Shown here piece by piece: positions 1 through 7,817 of a stretch of DNA of 64,000 nt. The notes beneath the pieces were generated by a model that worked only from the letters and a program-made list of their open reading frames with translations, was not told the DNA's origin and ran no database searches. Numbering within the stretch: the first letter of the stretch is position 1; every line of letters starts with the position of its first letter. A program made the translations under genes and the position numbers. Source of the DNA: an uncultured Desulfovibrionaceae bacterium (GTDB taxonomy: Bacteria; Desulfobacterota; Desulfovibrionia; Desulfovibrionales; Desulfovibrionaceae); assembly GCA_942493355.1 (NCBI GenBank), contig OW818696.1, positions 2,196,350 through 2,260,349 of the forward strand, in the 5' to 3' direction.

Positions 1-723
1 CGGCGCGACAAGCCGGGCCGCTTCCAGCTGGCCGAGGGCGGCACCATCCTGCTCGATGAGATCGGCGACCTGCCCCTGCCGCTGCAGGCCAAGATTCTGC
101 GCGTGCTGCAGGAGCGCGCCTTCGAGCCCCTGGGCGGGGTGGAGAGCGTGGCCACGGACGTGCGCGTGGTGGCCGCCACCAACCGCGACCTCGACCGCAT
201 GGTGGCCGAGGGGACCTTCCGCCAGGACCTATACTACCGCCTGAACGTGGTGCGCATGACTCTGCCCCCCCTGCGCGAGCGCAAGGGCGACCTGCCGCTT
301 TTGGTGGACTACTCCCTGAAGCGCCGCCGCATCAGCCAGGCGGGCGGCAAGGACATTCAGGGCGTTTCGCCGGAGGCCATGCGCCTGCTGGCGGCCCACA
401 GCTTTCCCGGCAACATCCGCGAGCTGGAGAATATTCTGGAGTACGCCAGCATCCTGTGCCCCGGCGGGCTCATCCAGGTGGAGCACCTGCCTGCGGACGT
501 GCGCGCTTGCGAGCACCCCGGCCCCGGCGCGGACAAGCCGCCCACCATGGAGGACATTCGCCACCAGGCTTGCGTGGAGGCCGTGGAGCGCAACGGCGGC
601 AACAGGAACGCCGCCTGCCGCGACCTGGGCATCAGCAAGGATACGCTGCGGCGCATCCTGAGCCGGGGCGAGCCAGGTTCGGAGGACGACCCGCTGGATC
701 TTGGCAACCAGGTGCTGACGTAA
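1..723 (+). CDS. sigma-54-dependent transcriptional activator, C-terminal part (5' end outside window)
   Basis: Frame 1 is open from nt 1. EBP AAA+ motifs ILLDEIGDL, RVVAATN, FRQDLYYRLNV, PPLRERKGDL, PGNIRELEN. C-terminal Fis-type HTH AACRDLGISKDTLRRIL. Stop TAA 721-723. Confidence 0.9.
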   Translation, partial: RRDKPGRFQLAEGGTILLDEIGDLPLPLQAKILRVLQERAFEPLGGVESVATDVRVVAATNRDLDRMVAEGTFRQDLYYRLNVVRMTLPPLRERKGDLPLLVDYSLKRRRISQAGGKDIQGVSPEAMRLLAAHSFPGNIRELENILEYASILCPGGLIQVEHLPADVRACEHPGPGADKPPTMEDIRHQACVEAVERNGGNRNAACRDLGISKDTLRRILSRGEPGSEDDPLDLGNQVLT

Positions 724-803
724 AATTCATCGTACTGACGTAAAATTCGTCAGGGTGGCGTAAAATTCGTCCGGCCCGAGGCCTGGGACGCAAATTTCGT
801 CCG
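716..803. repeat. four phased copies of a 14-bp palindromic motif (ACGTAAAATTCATC 718-731, ACGTAAAATTCGTC 738-751, GCGTAAAATTCGTC 758-771, ACGCAAATTTCGTC 788-801)
   Basis: Read directly. Start-to-start spacing is 20, 20 and 30 bp. Each copy has GACG/CGTC-type inverted arms around an AT-rich centre. Lies between convergent genes. Confidence 0.85.
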
Positions 804-875
804 TTTGCCCTGGCTTGCGTGCCAGTCGCTCATCGAGAAGCAACTGGCCACCAAAATTCTTTCGCTTTTTTTGAA

Positions 876-2546
876 TCAGCCCAGGCGCGCGCAGGCCAGC
901 GGCATGCGCCAGCCGGAGCCGAAGCTGCGCCAGGCCACCTTGATGCCCGGGGCGGCCTGCCTGCGCTTGAACTCCGCGCCCTTCACCAGCCTGCACACCC
1001 GCTCCACCGTGGCCGCGTCAAAGCCCGCCAGCGCTATCTCGGCGGCGGTCTTGTGCTCCTCCACGTGCAGCGCCAGGATGGCGTCAAGCTCGTCGTAGGG
1101 CGGCAGGGAGTCCTGGTCGGTTTGGCCGGGGCGCAGCTCCGCCGAGGGGGCCTTGGTGAGGATGGCCTCCGGGATCACCGGGCCGAGCACCTGGTTGATG
1201 TGCCGGGCCAGGGCGTACACCTGGGTCTTGGGCAGGTCGCTGATGACGGCGAAGCCGCCGGACATGTCGCCGTAGATGGTGCAGTAGCCCACGGCCAGCT
1301 CGCTCTTGTTGCCGGTGGTCAGCAGCAGGGCGCCGGTTTTGTTGGAAAGCGCCATGAGCAGGTTGCCGCGGATGCGCGACTGGATGTTCTCCTCGGTGGT
1401 GTCCTGGCCCTTCTCCGGGGCCAGGGTGGCGAAGCCCTCGGTCAGGGCGGCGTCGAACCCGCGCATGAGCCCCTCGATGGGGATGGTGCGCGTGGGCATG
1501 CCAAGGTTTTTCGCCAGCTCCAGGGAGTCGTCGATGCTGCCCTGGCTGGACCAGGGCGAGGGCATGAGCACGCCGACGACGTTCTGCGCGCCCAGGGCCG
1601 CCACGGCCACGGCGGCCACCACGGCGCTGTCGATGCCGCCGGAGAGGCCCAGCAGCGCCTTTTTGAACCCGCACTTGCGCAGGTAGTCCCGCGTGCCCAG
1701 GGTGAGCGCGCGCCAGCTTTCCGCCGGGGCGGAGAGGTCGTCCCGCGCCAGGGGGCCGGGCTGGCCCAGATCCGCCACCAGCACGTCTTCCTCAAAGCCC
1801 GCCGCCCGCGCCAGCAGCGCGCCGTCCGGCCCGTACAGGGCGCTGCGGCCGTCGAACACCAGCTCGTCGTTGCCGCCCACCTGGTTGCAGTAGGCCAGGG
1901 GCAGGGCGCGGCGCTGGGCGATGGAGGAGAGCATGTCGTGCCGGAGGGCCTGCTTGCGCAGGCTGAAGGGCGAGGCGGAAAGATTGACGAGCAGCTGGGC
2001 TCCGGCGCACACGGCGGCCTCCACGGGGTCCACGGGGTACAGGCGGTGCGGCCAGTAGTCCTTGTCGTTCCAGAGGTCTTCGCAGATGGTGACGGCCACG
2101 CGCAGGCCCCGGTATTCCACAACCCCGGAACCGCCCAGTGGAGCTGGCTCGAAGTAGCGCGCCTCGTCGAACACGTCGTAGGTGGGCAGCAGGGACTTGC
2201 GGATGCTGCGGCGCACGCTGCCGCCCTCGCACCACAGGGCCGCGTTGAACAGCGCCTTGCCGAGGTCCGAGGGGTTGGGCTCCGGGCAGCCCAGGATGAG
2301 CGCCGGACCGGCGGGGTGCGCGGCCTCAAGGCGCGCGGCCAGGGCGTGGGCCTCGGCCCAGGCGGCCTTGCAGAACCCGGCGTACAGCAGCATGTCGCGC
2401 GGGGGGTAGCCGGTGAGGGCCAGCTCCGGGGTCAGGCAGAGCTCCGCCCCCTGGGCCACGGCGGTGGCGTAGGCGGCCTCGATGCGCGCGGCGTTGCCGT
2501 GGAGGTCGCCCACCACGGGGTTGAGCTGCAACAGGCCGATGCGCAT
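876..2546 (-). CDS. nadE: glutamine-dependent NAD+ synthetase
   Basis: 556 aa. N-terminal nitrilase/CN-hydrolase domain (MRIGLLQLNPVVGDL...CEDLW) plus C-terminal NAD synthetase domain with the SGGIDS PP-loop (GLSGGIDSAVVAAVA). ATG at 2546. Confidence 0.92.
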   Translation of the reverse strand: MRIGLLQLNPVVGDLHGNAARIEAAYATAVAQGAELCLTPELALTGYPPRDMLLYAGFCKAAWAEAHALAARLEAAHPAGPALILGCPEPNPSDLGKALFNAALWCEGGSVRRSIRKSLLPTYDVFDEARYFEPAPLGGSGVVEYRGLRVAVTICEDLWNDKDYWPHRLYPVDPVEAAVCAGAQLLVNLSASPFSLRKQALRHDMLSSIAQRRALPLAYCNQVGGNDELVFDGRSALYGPDGALLARAAGFEEDVLVADLGQPGPLARDDLSAPAESWRALTLGTRDYLRKCGFKKALLGLSGGIDSAVVAAVAVAALGAQNVVGVLMPSPWSSQGSIDDSLELAKNLGMPTRTIPIEGLMRGFDAALTEGFATLAPEKGQDTTEENIQSRIRGNLLMALSNKTGALLLTTGNKSELAVGYCTIYGDMSGGFAVISDLPKTQVYALARHINQVLGPVIPEAILTKAPSAELRPGQTDQDSLPPYDELDAILALHVEEHKTAAEIALAGFDAATVERVCRLVKGAEFKRRQAAPGIKVAWRSFGSGWRMPLACARLG

Positions 2547-2575
2547 GGCGTCCGTCCCCCTCGTCCTTGTGGCTG

Positions 2576-3616
2576 TCAGTCTTTGCAGGAGCAGGAGTCC
2601 GGGGCGGTCGGTAGTCCCGTTCTCGTCTCACCGTGCACAAGCTCCCGCACCTTGAAGGGCATGTTGCCGGAGACCGCGTCGTGGGTGTTCACCAGCACTT
2701 CCAGTATCAGGCCCGTGCTCATGAAGCCAAGCGACGAGAGGTAGAGCAGCACCGCGCCCAGGAAGGGCGGGCGGGTTCCCATGTGCTCGCCCAGGAAGAC
2801 CTTGCCATACAGCAGCCAGCACATGATGAGCGAGGCCACCATGAACAGCCACAGGCTGATGCGCCCGAAGAGGTACACCGGGCGCTGCTTGTAGGAGTTT
2901 TGGAACCACAAAAGCACGATGTCGAAGAGCACGTCGATGCTGCGGCCGATGCCGTAGTGGCTTTTACCCGCAAAGCGCGGCGGGGCGCTGGTGGGCACCT
3001 CGCACACCGCGCCGCCCTGGCTGTACACCAGGGCCGGGATGAGCCTGTGCTGGCCCTCGCGCAGTTTGAGCCCGCGCGCCACCTCGCCCTTGATGATGGA
3101 CAGCCCGCCCATGTCGTGGATGTCGCACTTGCTGGTGGCGCGCATGAGGTAGTTGGCGATGAGGCTGGGGATGCGCCGCAGCAGCAGCGACTCCTGCCGC
3201 TTTTGCCGCACGCCCTTTACCAGGTCGTAGCCCTGGCGGATCTTTTCGATGAGGCTTGGCACCTCCTCGGGCGGGTGCTGGAGGTCGCCATCCATGATGA
3301 CGACATACCGGCCGCGCGAGTGCTGGATGCCCGCGTAAATGGCCGTGCACTGGCCCCGGTTGCGCGCCAGGAAAACGCCCAACAGGTGCGGGTCGGCGGC
3401 GGCCAGCTCGCGGATGATCTCCGGGGTGGCATCGGTGCTGCCGTCGTTCACCAGGATGATCTCGTAGCTGGCGCCCATGCCGCTGAGGGCCGCGCCCATG
3501 CGCCGGTGGAACTCGCGTACGCAGAGCTCCTCATTGTGCATGGGGGTGACGATGCTCACCTCCACGGGGAAGGTCTCGGCCTCGGGCGCGGGAATATGTG
3601 ATTCGGGTGTGGACAT
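2576..3616 (-). CDS. family-2 glycosyltransferase, polyprenyl-phosphate sugar transferase-like (ArnC/GtrB type) with C-terminal TM helices
   Basis: Internal ATG at 3616 (MSTPESH...). GT2 motifs VSIVTPMHNEE, ILVNDGSTD, VIMDGDLQHPP. Two hydrophobic C-terminal helices. The 206-aa N-terminal extension in the track ORF is Arg/Pro-rich and overlaps the next gene. Confidence 0.85.
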   Translation of the reverse strand: MSTPESHIPAPEAETFPVEVSIVTPMHNEELCVREFHRRMGAALSGMGASYEIILVNDGSTDATPEIIRELAAADPHLLGVFLARNRGQCTAIYAGIQHSRGRYVVIMDGDLQHPPEEVPSLIEKIRQGYDLVKGVRQKRQESLLLRRIPSLIANYLMRATSKCDIHDMGGLSIIKGEVARGLKLREGQHRLIPALVYSQGGAVCEVPTSAPPRFAGKSHYGIGRSIDVLFDIVLLWFQNSYKQRPVYLFGRISLWLFMVASLIMCWLLYGKVFLGEHMGTRPPFLGAVLLYLSSLGFMSTGLILEVLVNTHDAVSGNMPFKVRELVHGETRTGLPTAPDSCSCKD

Positions 3617-3654
3617 GGGCTGGTTTTCCGTCCGTTTTGTGCGTGGGTGAAAGA

Positions 3655-4569
3655 CTATTGCCGCACCGCTGGCCGCGCTGTGCGGGTGGCCGGGTCGAGC
3701 TGTCCGTAATGGGCCAGGCGGGCCCCGGCCTCGCGCAGGGTGCGCCCCCAGCCGGGAGCGGCCAGGGCGTCGCGCTCCGCCTGCCACTGGCTGGCTATGC
3801 GCATGGGGCCGTAGTCCTCCGGCAGCGGGCCGTCTCCCGTCATCTCTCCGTGCAGGGGCGCGCCGGGGTGGCACACCAGCTCCAGCACGCCGGGCCGCAC
3901 ACGCTTCATATACGCGCCAAGGCGCTCCGGCAACAGGTCCGCGCCCTGGTCGGCGATGCCGAACACGCAGTCCGGGCAGGCCACGCCGGTCGGGATGTTC
4001 TGGAGCTTGTGGAACAGGCCGAAGGTGTTGAGCACGCGGCAACGCAGGGCGCCCTTGTCCCAGCGGGTGAGCGGCAGGCGCTCCACGGGCCTGCGCACCC
4101 AGTGGATGCCGTGGCGGGCGGCCACGCGGCAGGCGGCCTCGAACAGTCCTGGCCAGGCGTGGATGTGCTTTTCGCTGTCCACATGGGTGGGGCTGACGCC
4201 GAGCTCGATGGCGCGCTCGATCTGGCGCGACCACTCGCGCTCCACATCGGCCACGGTGAAGGCCTTGGTGAGGTAGCGGCCGAAAAGTTCCGTGTAGTTG
4301 CCCAGAAACAGGCCGTCCGGCCGGAGCAGGCCGGGAATCTCGTGGGCCGGGCTTTGCGGGCGGCCGCGCAGGATGTTCAGGTGCACGCCGATGCCGATGG
4401 AGTCGGTATCCGCACTGAAGGCGCGGGCGGCGGCGGCGGCATCGGGCGCGTTCACCAGCAGGGTGGCGCTGGTTACGCGGGAGAGGGCCGCCAGGTCTTC
4501 CACGGCGCGCCGCACCGCGGGCGAGAGCCCCAGGTCGTCCACATTCACAACAACATGCATGGCGCGCAT
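3655..4569 (-). CDS. YdjC/ChbG-family carbohydrate deacetylase-like protein
   Basis: Start taken at MRAMHVVVNVDDLGLS (ATG 4569, alternative 4560). YdjC-type motifs NVDDLGLS and HVDSEKHIH. Confidence 0.8.
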   Translation of the reverse strand: MRAMHVVVNVDDLGLSPAVRRAVEDLAALSRVTSATLLVNAPDAAAAARAFSADTDSIGIGVHLNILRGRPQSPAHEIPGLLRPDGLFLGNYTELFGRYLTKAFTVADVEREWSRQIERAIELGVSPTHVDSEKHIHAWPGLFEAACRVAARHGIHWVRRPVERLPLTRWDKGALRCRVLNTFGLFHKLQNIPTGVACPDCVFGIADQGADLLPERLGAYMKRVRPGVLELVCHPGAPLHGEMTGDGPLPEDYGPMRIASQWQAERDALAAPGWGRTLREAGARLAHYGQLDPATRTARPAVRQ

Positions 4570-4778
4570 GCTACCCTCTGGCGGTCCGAAGGTAAAGCGC
4601 AGCGCGCCACGGTCATCGTGGAGGCCGGGCAGTGGCCGAACATGCTGCGGCGCAAAGGCGGGCGGGAACTCGCGAGCATTTTTTTCACTAGCCAACTTTC
4701 CAGGCCTCGGATAGAAGAGAACAAAATGATACCACACCGCTCCGGGGCGTACCGGGGCGGAATATGAGGAGGATTAGA

Positions 4779-5429
4779 ATGCTCATCGAGAATTGGATGA
4801 CCAAGGACGTCATCACCCTGACCCCTGAGACCTCCATGATGAAGGCCTCCAAGCTCATGAAGGAAAAGCGCATCAGCCGCGTTCCCGTTGTGGACGAGAA
4901 GGGCGCGCTGGTGGGCATCGTCTCCGACCGCGACATCAAGGACGCCTCCCCCTCCAAGGCCACCACCCTGGACATGCACGAGCTGTACTACCTGCTCTCC
5001 GAGGTGAAGCTTAAGGACATCATGACCAAGAAGGTCATGACCATCCGCGTGGGCGAGACCGTTGAACGGGCCGCCGTGATCCTGCTGGAGAACAACATCG
5101 GCGGCCTGCCGGTGGTGGACGAGGCCAACAAGGTCGTGGGCATCGTCACGGACTCCGACATCTTCAAGGTGCTCATCCGCATCACCGGCGTGCAGGAGGG
5201 CGGCATCGAGATTGGCCTGCGCCTGCCCAACCAGCCCGGCGGCCTGGTGCCCGTGCTGGACCACCTGAAGGACGCCGGAGCCCGCGTCATGAGCCTGCTG
5301 ACCTCCTGCGAACCCGCTGAGGTGGGCATGCGCGATGTGTTCATCCGCATCCGCGACCTGGACAAGGCCGAGCTGAACAAGCTGAAGGCCAGCATGAAGG
5401 ACAAGTTCGAAGTGCTGTACTGGGTGTAA
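4779..5429 (+). CDS. CBS-pair domain protein with C-terminal ACT-like domain (AcuB-like)
   Basis: ATG 4779 preceded by GAGGAGG (4766-4772). Two CBS repeats (MTKDVITL...VPVVDEKGALVGIVSDRDI; MTKKVMTI...LPVVDEANKVVGIVTDSDI). Confidence 0.8.
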   Translation: MLIENWMTKDVITLTPETSMMKASKLMKEKRISRVPVVDEKGALVGIVSDRDIKDASPSKATTLDMHELYYLLSEVKLKDIMTKKVMTIRVGETVERAAVILLENNIGGLPVVDEANKVVGIVTDSDIFKVLIRITGVQEGGIEIGLRLPNQPGGLVPVLDHLKDAGARVMSLLTSCEPAEVGMRDVFIRIRDLDKAELNKLKASMKDKFEVLYWV

Positions 5430-5457
5430 GCTCAGCTGGCGAAAGCTGGAAACACAA

Positions 5458-5491
5458 GGCCGGGGGCATTCGCTGCTCCCGGCCTTTTTTG
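5458..5491 (+). terminator. rho-independent terminator after the CBS gene
   Basis: GGCCGGGGGC...GCTCCCGGCC stem followed by TTTTTT (5485-5490). Confidence 0.6.
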
Positions 5492-5537
5492 CGCGCAAGC
5501 GCCTTGTGTGGCGTTCGCGGCCCTCTGGAGGGGGCGG

Positions 5538-6260
5538 CTAGTTCTTCAGGTCGCCCTCCGGCGTGGCGGGAATGGCCGGGGCGGCCTCCGGGCTCGGCTT
5601 TTCGCTGATGACCTCGGCCCCGGTGCCCACGGTGGGCTTGTCGTACACCTCCGCCTTTGGGGCCTGGGCCTTGGCGGGCGAGCCAGGGGTGATGGGGGTG
5701 CTGGGCGCGCTGGAGTTTGCCGGTGCGCCCGGCGTGCCCATGCGGGCCTTCAGCGCGGCCACGTCCTGCTCCTTGGCGGCCACGCGCTGCCGCATGTCGC
5801 GCACCATGAGGTCCGTGGCGTTCTGCTTGCCCTGGAGCTGCAGGCGTTCGCCCTCGCTCTTGATGCGGTCGGCCTTCAGGTCGTTCAACAGCTTGGTGTT
5901 CTCGTCCGGCTTGCCCAGCCTCTGGGCCATCACGGCCTCCAGCCTGGCGATGTCCAGGGCCAGCTTGGCGCTCTGCTCCTGGGCCTTGGCCAGGTCGACG
6001 CCAAGGGCGGCGTAGTCGCGCTGGGTGTCGGCCAGCTCCTGCTTCATCTTGGCCAGGGTCAGGTCCTCGGAGGCCACGGCCAGCTCCGCGTCGGCGGCGT
6101 TGATAGCCCCGCGCTTGTCAAAGGGCACCTGGGCCACCAGCTGGGGGTCCACATTGGGACCGAACCAGCCGGCCTGGGCCGGGGGGGCGCAAGGGCCAGA
6201 GGTGCAGGCGAGGGCCGCCAGGGCGGCGGAAAGGGCGAGGGCGGGCAGTCTGCGTCGCAT
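5538..6260 (-). CDS. secreted coiled-coil protein of unknown function
   Basis: Start taken at MRRRLPALALSAALAALAC (signal-peptide-like; ATG 6260). Long heptad-like Q/K/E/L/A-rich region and a Pro/Ala-rich tail. Host-like codon usage. Directly downstream of the NtrC-type gene. Confidence 0.6.
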   Translation of the reverse strand: MRRRLPALALSAALAALACTSGPCAPPAQAGWFGPNVDPQLVAQVPFDKRGAINAADAELAVASEDLTLAKMKQELADTQRDYAALGVDLAKAQEQSAKLALDIARLEAVMAQRLGKPDENTKLLNDLKADRIKSEGERLQLQGKQNATDLMVRDMRQRVAAKEQDVAALKARMGTPGAPANSSAPSTPITPGSPAKAQAPKAEVYDKPTVGTGAEVISEKPSPEAAPAIPATPEGDLKN

Positions 6261-6317
6261 GGCGTGTCTCCTTTTTTGTGCTTGGGGCGGCCCTGGGGTG
6301 TCCGGCAAAGCCCCTGG

Positions 6318-7817
6318 CTAGTCCGTGGTCAGGCCATAGCCCTTGAGCTTGCGGTACAGGGAGCTTCTGTCGATGCCCACGGCCTCGGCCAGTTTGCTCA
6401 CGTTGCCGCCGAACTCGCGCAGCTTGGCCTCCAAAAAACGGGCCTCGAAGGCCGCGCGGGCCGCCTTGAGGTCCAGGGGCCCGGCCGGAAAGCTCGACGG
6501 GATGTCGTCGTCCTCATCGGAAAGCTGAGCGGGTTCGCCCAAGAGCTGGCCTTCCAGCTGGGCGGCTGGCGCCGCTTCCCCTCGGGCCTGGGCGGCTGGC
6601 GCCGCTTCCCCTCGGAGTTGGGCGGCTGGCACCGCCTCTATCCGCGCCTGGGCCAGAATCTCCGGCGGCAGGCGGTCCGGGCCCACCTCGCGGCCGCCGT
6701 GGATGATGAGCATGCGCTCCACGAAATTCTTTAGCTCGCGCACGTTGCCGGGCCAGGGGTAGGTGGAAAGCATCGCCAGGGCCGTGGGGCTGAAGCCGAC
6801 GCGCTTGAACGCGCCCCGGCGCAGCATCTGCTCCACAAAGTCCTCAATGAGCAGCGGAATGTCCGTGGCGCGCTCCCGCAGGGGCGGCACGGTGAGCGGG
6901 ATGACCTTGAGGCGGTAGTACAGGTCCTCGCGGAAGTTTCCGGCCTTGATCTCGGCGGGCAGGTCCTTGTTGGTGGCGGCGATGACCCGCACATCCACGC
7001 TGATGGTCTTGCGCCCGCCCACGTGCTCGAAGCGCTGCTCCTGCAGGATGCGCAGTATCTTGGCCTGGGTCTTCAGGCTCATGTCGCCTATCTCGTCCAA
7101 AAACAGCGTGCCCTTGTTGGCCAGCTCGAACTTGCCGATTTGGGCCTTGTCCGCGCCGGTGAACGCGCCCTTCTCATGCCCGAACAGCTCGCTCTCGATG
7201 AGTTCCTCAGGAATGGCGGCGCAGTTGACCGCCACCAGCGGCTGGGCGGCGCGCAGGCTTTGGGCGTGCAGCAGGCGCGCGGCAATCTCCTTGCCGGTGC
7301 CGTTCTCGCCGGTGATGAGCACCCAGGCGTCCGTGGGGGCCACCTGGCCTATCATCTCGCGCAGGGCCTGCATGGCTGGGGACTCGCCGGTGAGGCGGAT
7401 TTCCTGCTCGCCCAGGGAGTGGCGCAGGGCCAGGTTTTCCTGGCGCAGGCGCGCCACCTCCAGGGCCTTCTCCGCCGCCAGCACCACCTTGTCCAGGGAA
7501 AGCGGCTTCTCGATGAAGTCGAAGGCACCCTTCTTGATGGCGGTGACAGCGGTTTCGATGTTGCCGTGCCCGGAGATCATGACCACGGGCAGGTCGGGCC
7601 TTTCGGCGCGGGCGCGTTCCAGCACGGCAAGGCCGTCCATGCCGGGCAGCCAGATGTCCAGAAACATGAGGTCGAAGGGTTCGGACTCCAGGGCTTCCAG
7701 GCCCGCCTCGCCGGTCTCGGCCTCGGCCACGGCAAAGCCCTCGTCCTCCAGAATGCCCCGGAGCGAAAAGCGGATGCCGGACTCGTCGTCCACCACGAGG
7801 ATGCGGCCCTTATGCAT
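6318..7817 (-). CDS. sigma-54-dependent response regulator (NtrC family)
   Basis: REC domain (ILVVDDE...FLDIWLPGMDG), AAA+ EBP (GENGTGKE, canonical GAFTGA, LFLDEIGDM, RVIAATN), Fis HTH (VSKLAEAVGIDRSSLYRKL). ATG 7815-7817 overlaps the TGA of the upstream gene by 1 nt. Confidence 0.92.
   Translation of the reverse strand: MHKGRILVVDDESGIRFSLRGILEDEGFAVAEAETGEAGLEALESEPFDLMFLDIWLPGMDGLAVLERARAERPDLPVVMISGHGNIETAVTAIKKGAFDFIEKPLSLDKVVLAAEKALEVARLRQENLALRHSLGEQEIRLTGESPAMQALREMIGQVAPTDAWVLITGENGTGKEIAARLLHAQSLRAAQPLVAVNCAAIPEELIESELFGHEKGAFTGADKAQIGKFELANKGTLFLDEIGDMSLKTQAKILRILQEQRFEHVGGRKTISVDVRVIAATNKDLPAEIKAGNFREDLYYRLKVIPLTVPPLRERATDIPLLIEDFVEQMLRRGAFKRVGFSPTALAMLSTYPWPGNVRELKNFVERMLIIHGGREVGPDRLPPEILAQARIEAVPAAQLRGEAAPAAQARGEAAPAAQLEGQLLGEPAQLSDEDDDIPSSFPAGPLDLKAARAAFEARFLEAKLREFGGNVSKLAEAVGIDRSSLYRKLKGYGLTTD
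6561..6650. repeat. 3 x 30-bp tandem repeat inside the NtrC-type gene (linker before the HTH)
   Basis: GGCGGCTGGCGCCGCTTCCCCTCGGGCCTG / ...GGAGTTG / GGCGGCTGGCACCGCCTCTATCCGCGCCTG. Encodes EAVPAAQLRG-EAAPAAQARG-EAAPAAQLEG. Confidence 0.9.

Noticed and set aside
811-825. Sigma-54 promoter next to the phased repeats (the minus strand reads TGGCACGCAAGCCAG)
   Set aside because: The -24 TGGCACG element is perfect, but the -12 position reads CCAG instead of TTGC. The sequence is itself a small palindrome (CTGGC-N6-GCCAG), more likely a hairpin.
819-2744. 641-aa plus-strand ORF
   Set aside because: It is antisense to nadE, whose translation carries clear family motifs. The ORF product is G/A/R/H/V-rich low-complexity sequence, typical of a shadow ORF in high-GC DNA.
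3617-4234. 206-codon N-terminal extension of the glycosyltransferase ORF
   Set aside because: It is Arg/Pro/Gly-rich and overlaps the YdjC-like gene in another frame. The GT2 domain begins right after the internal ATG at 3616.
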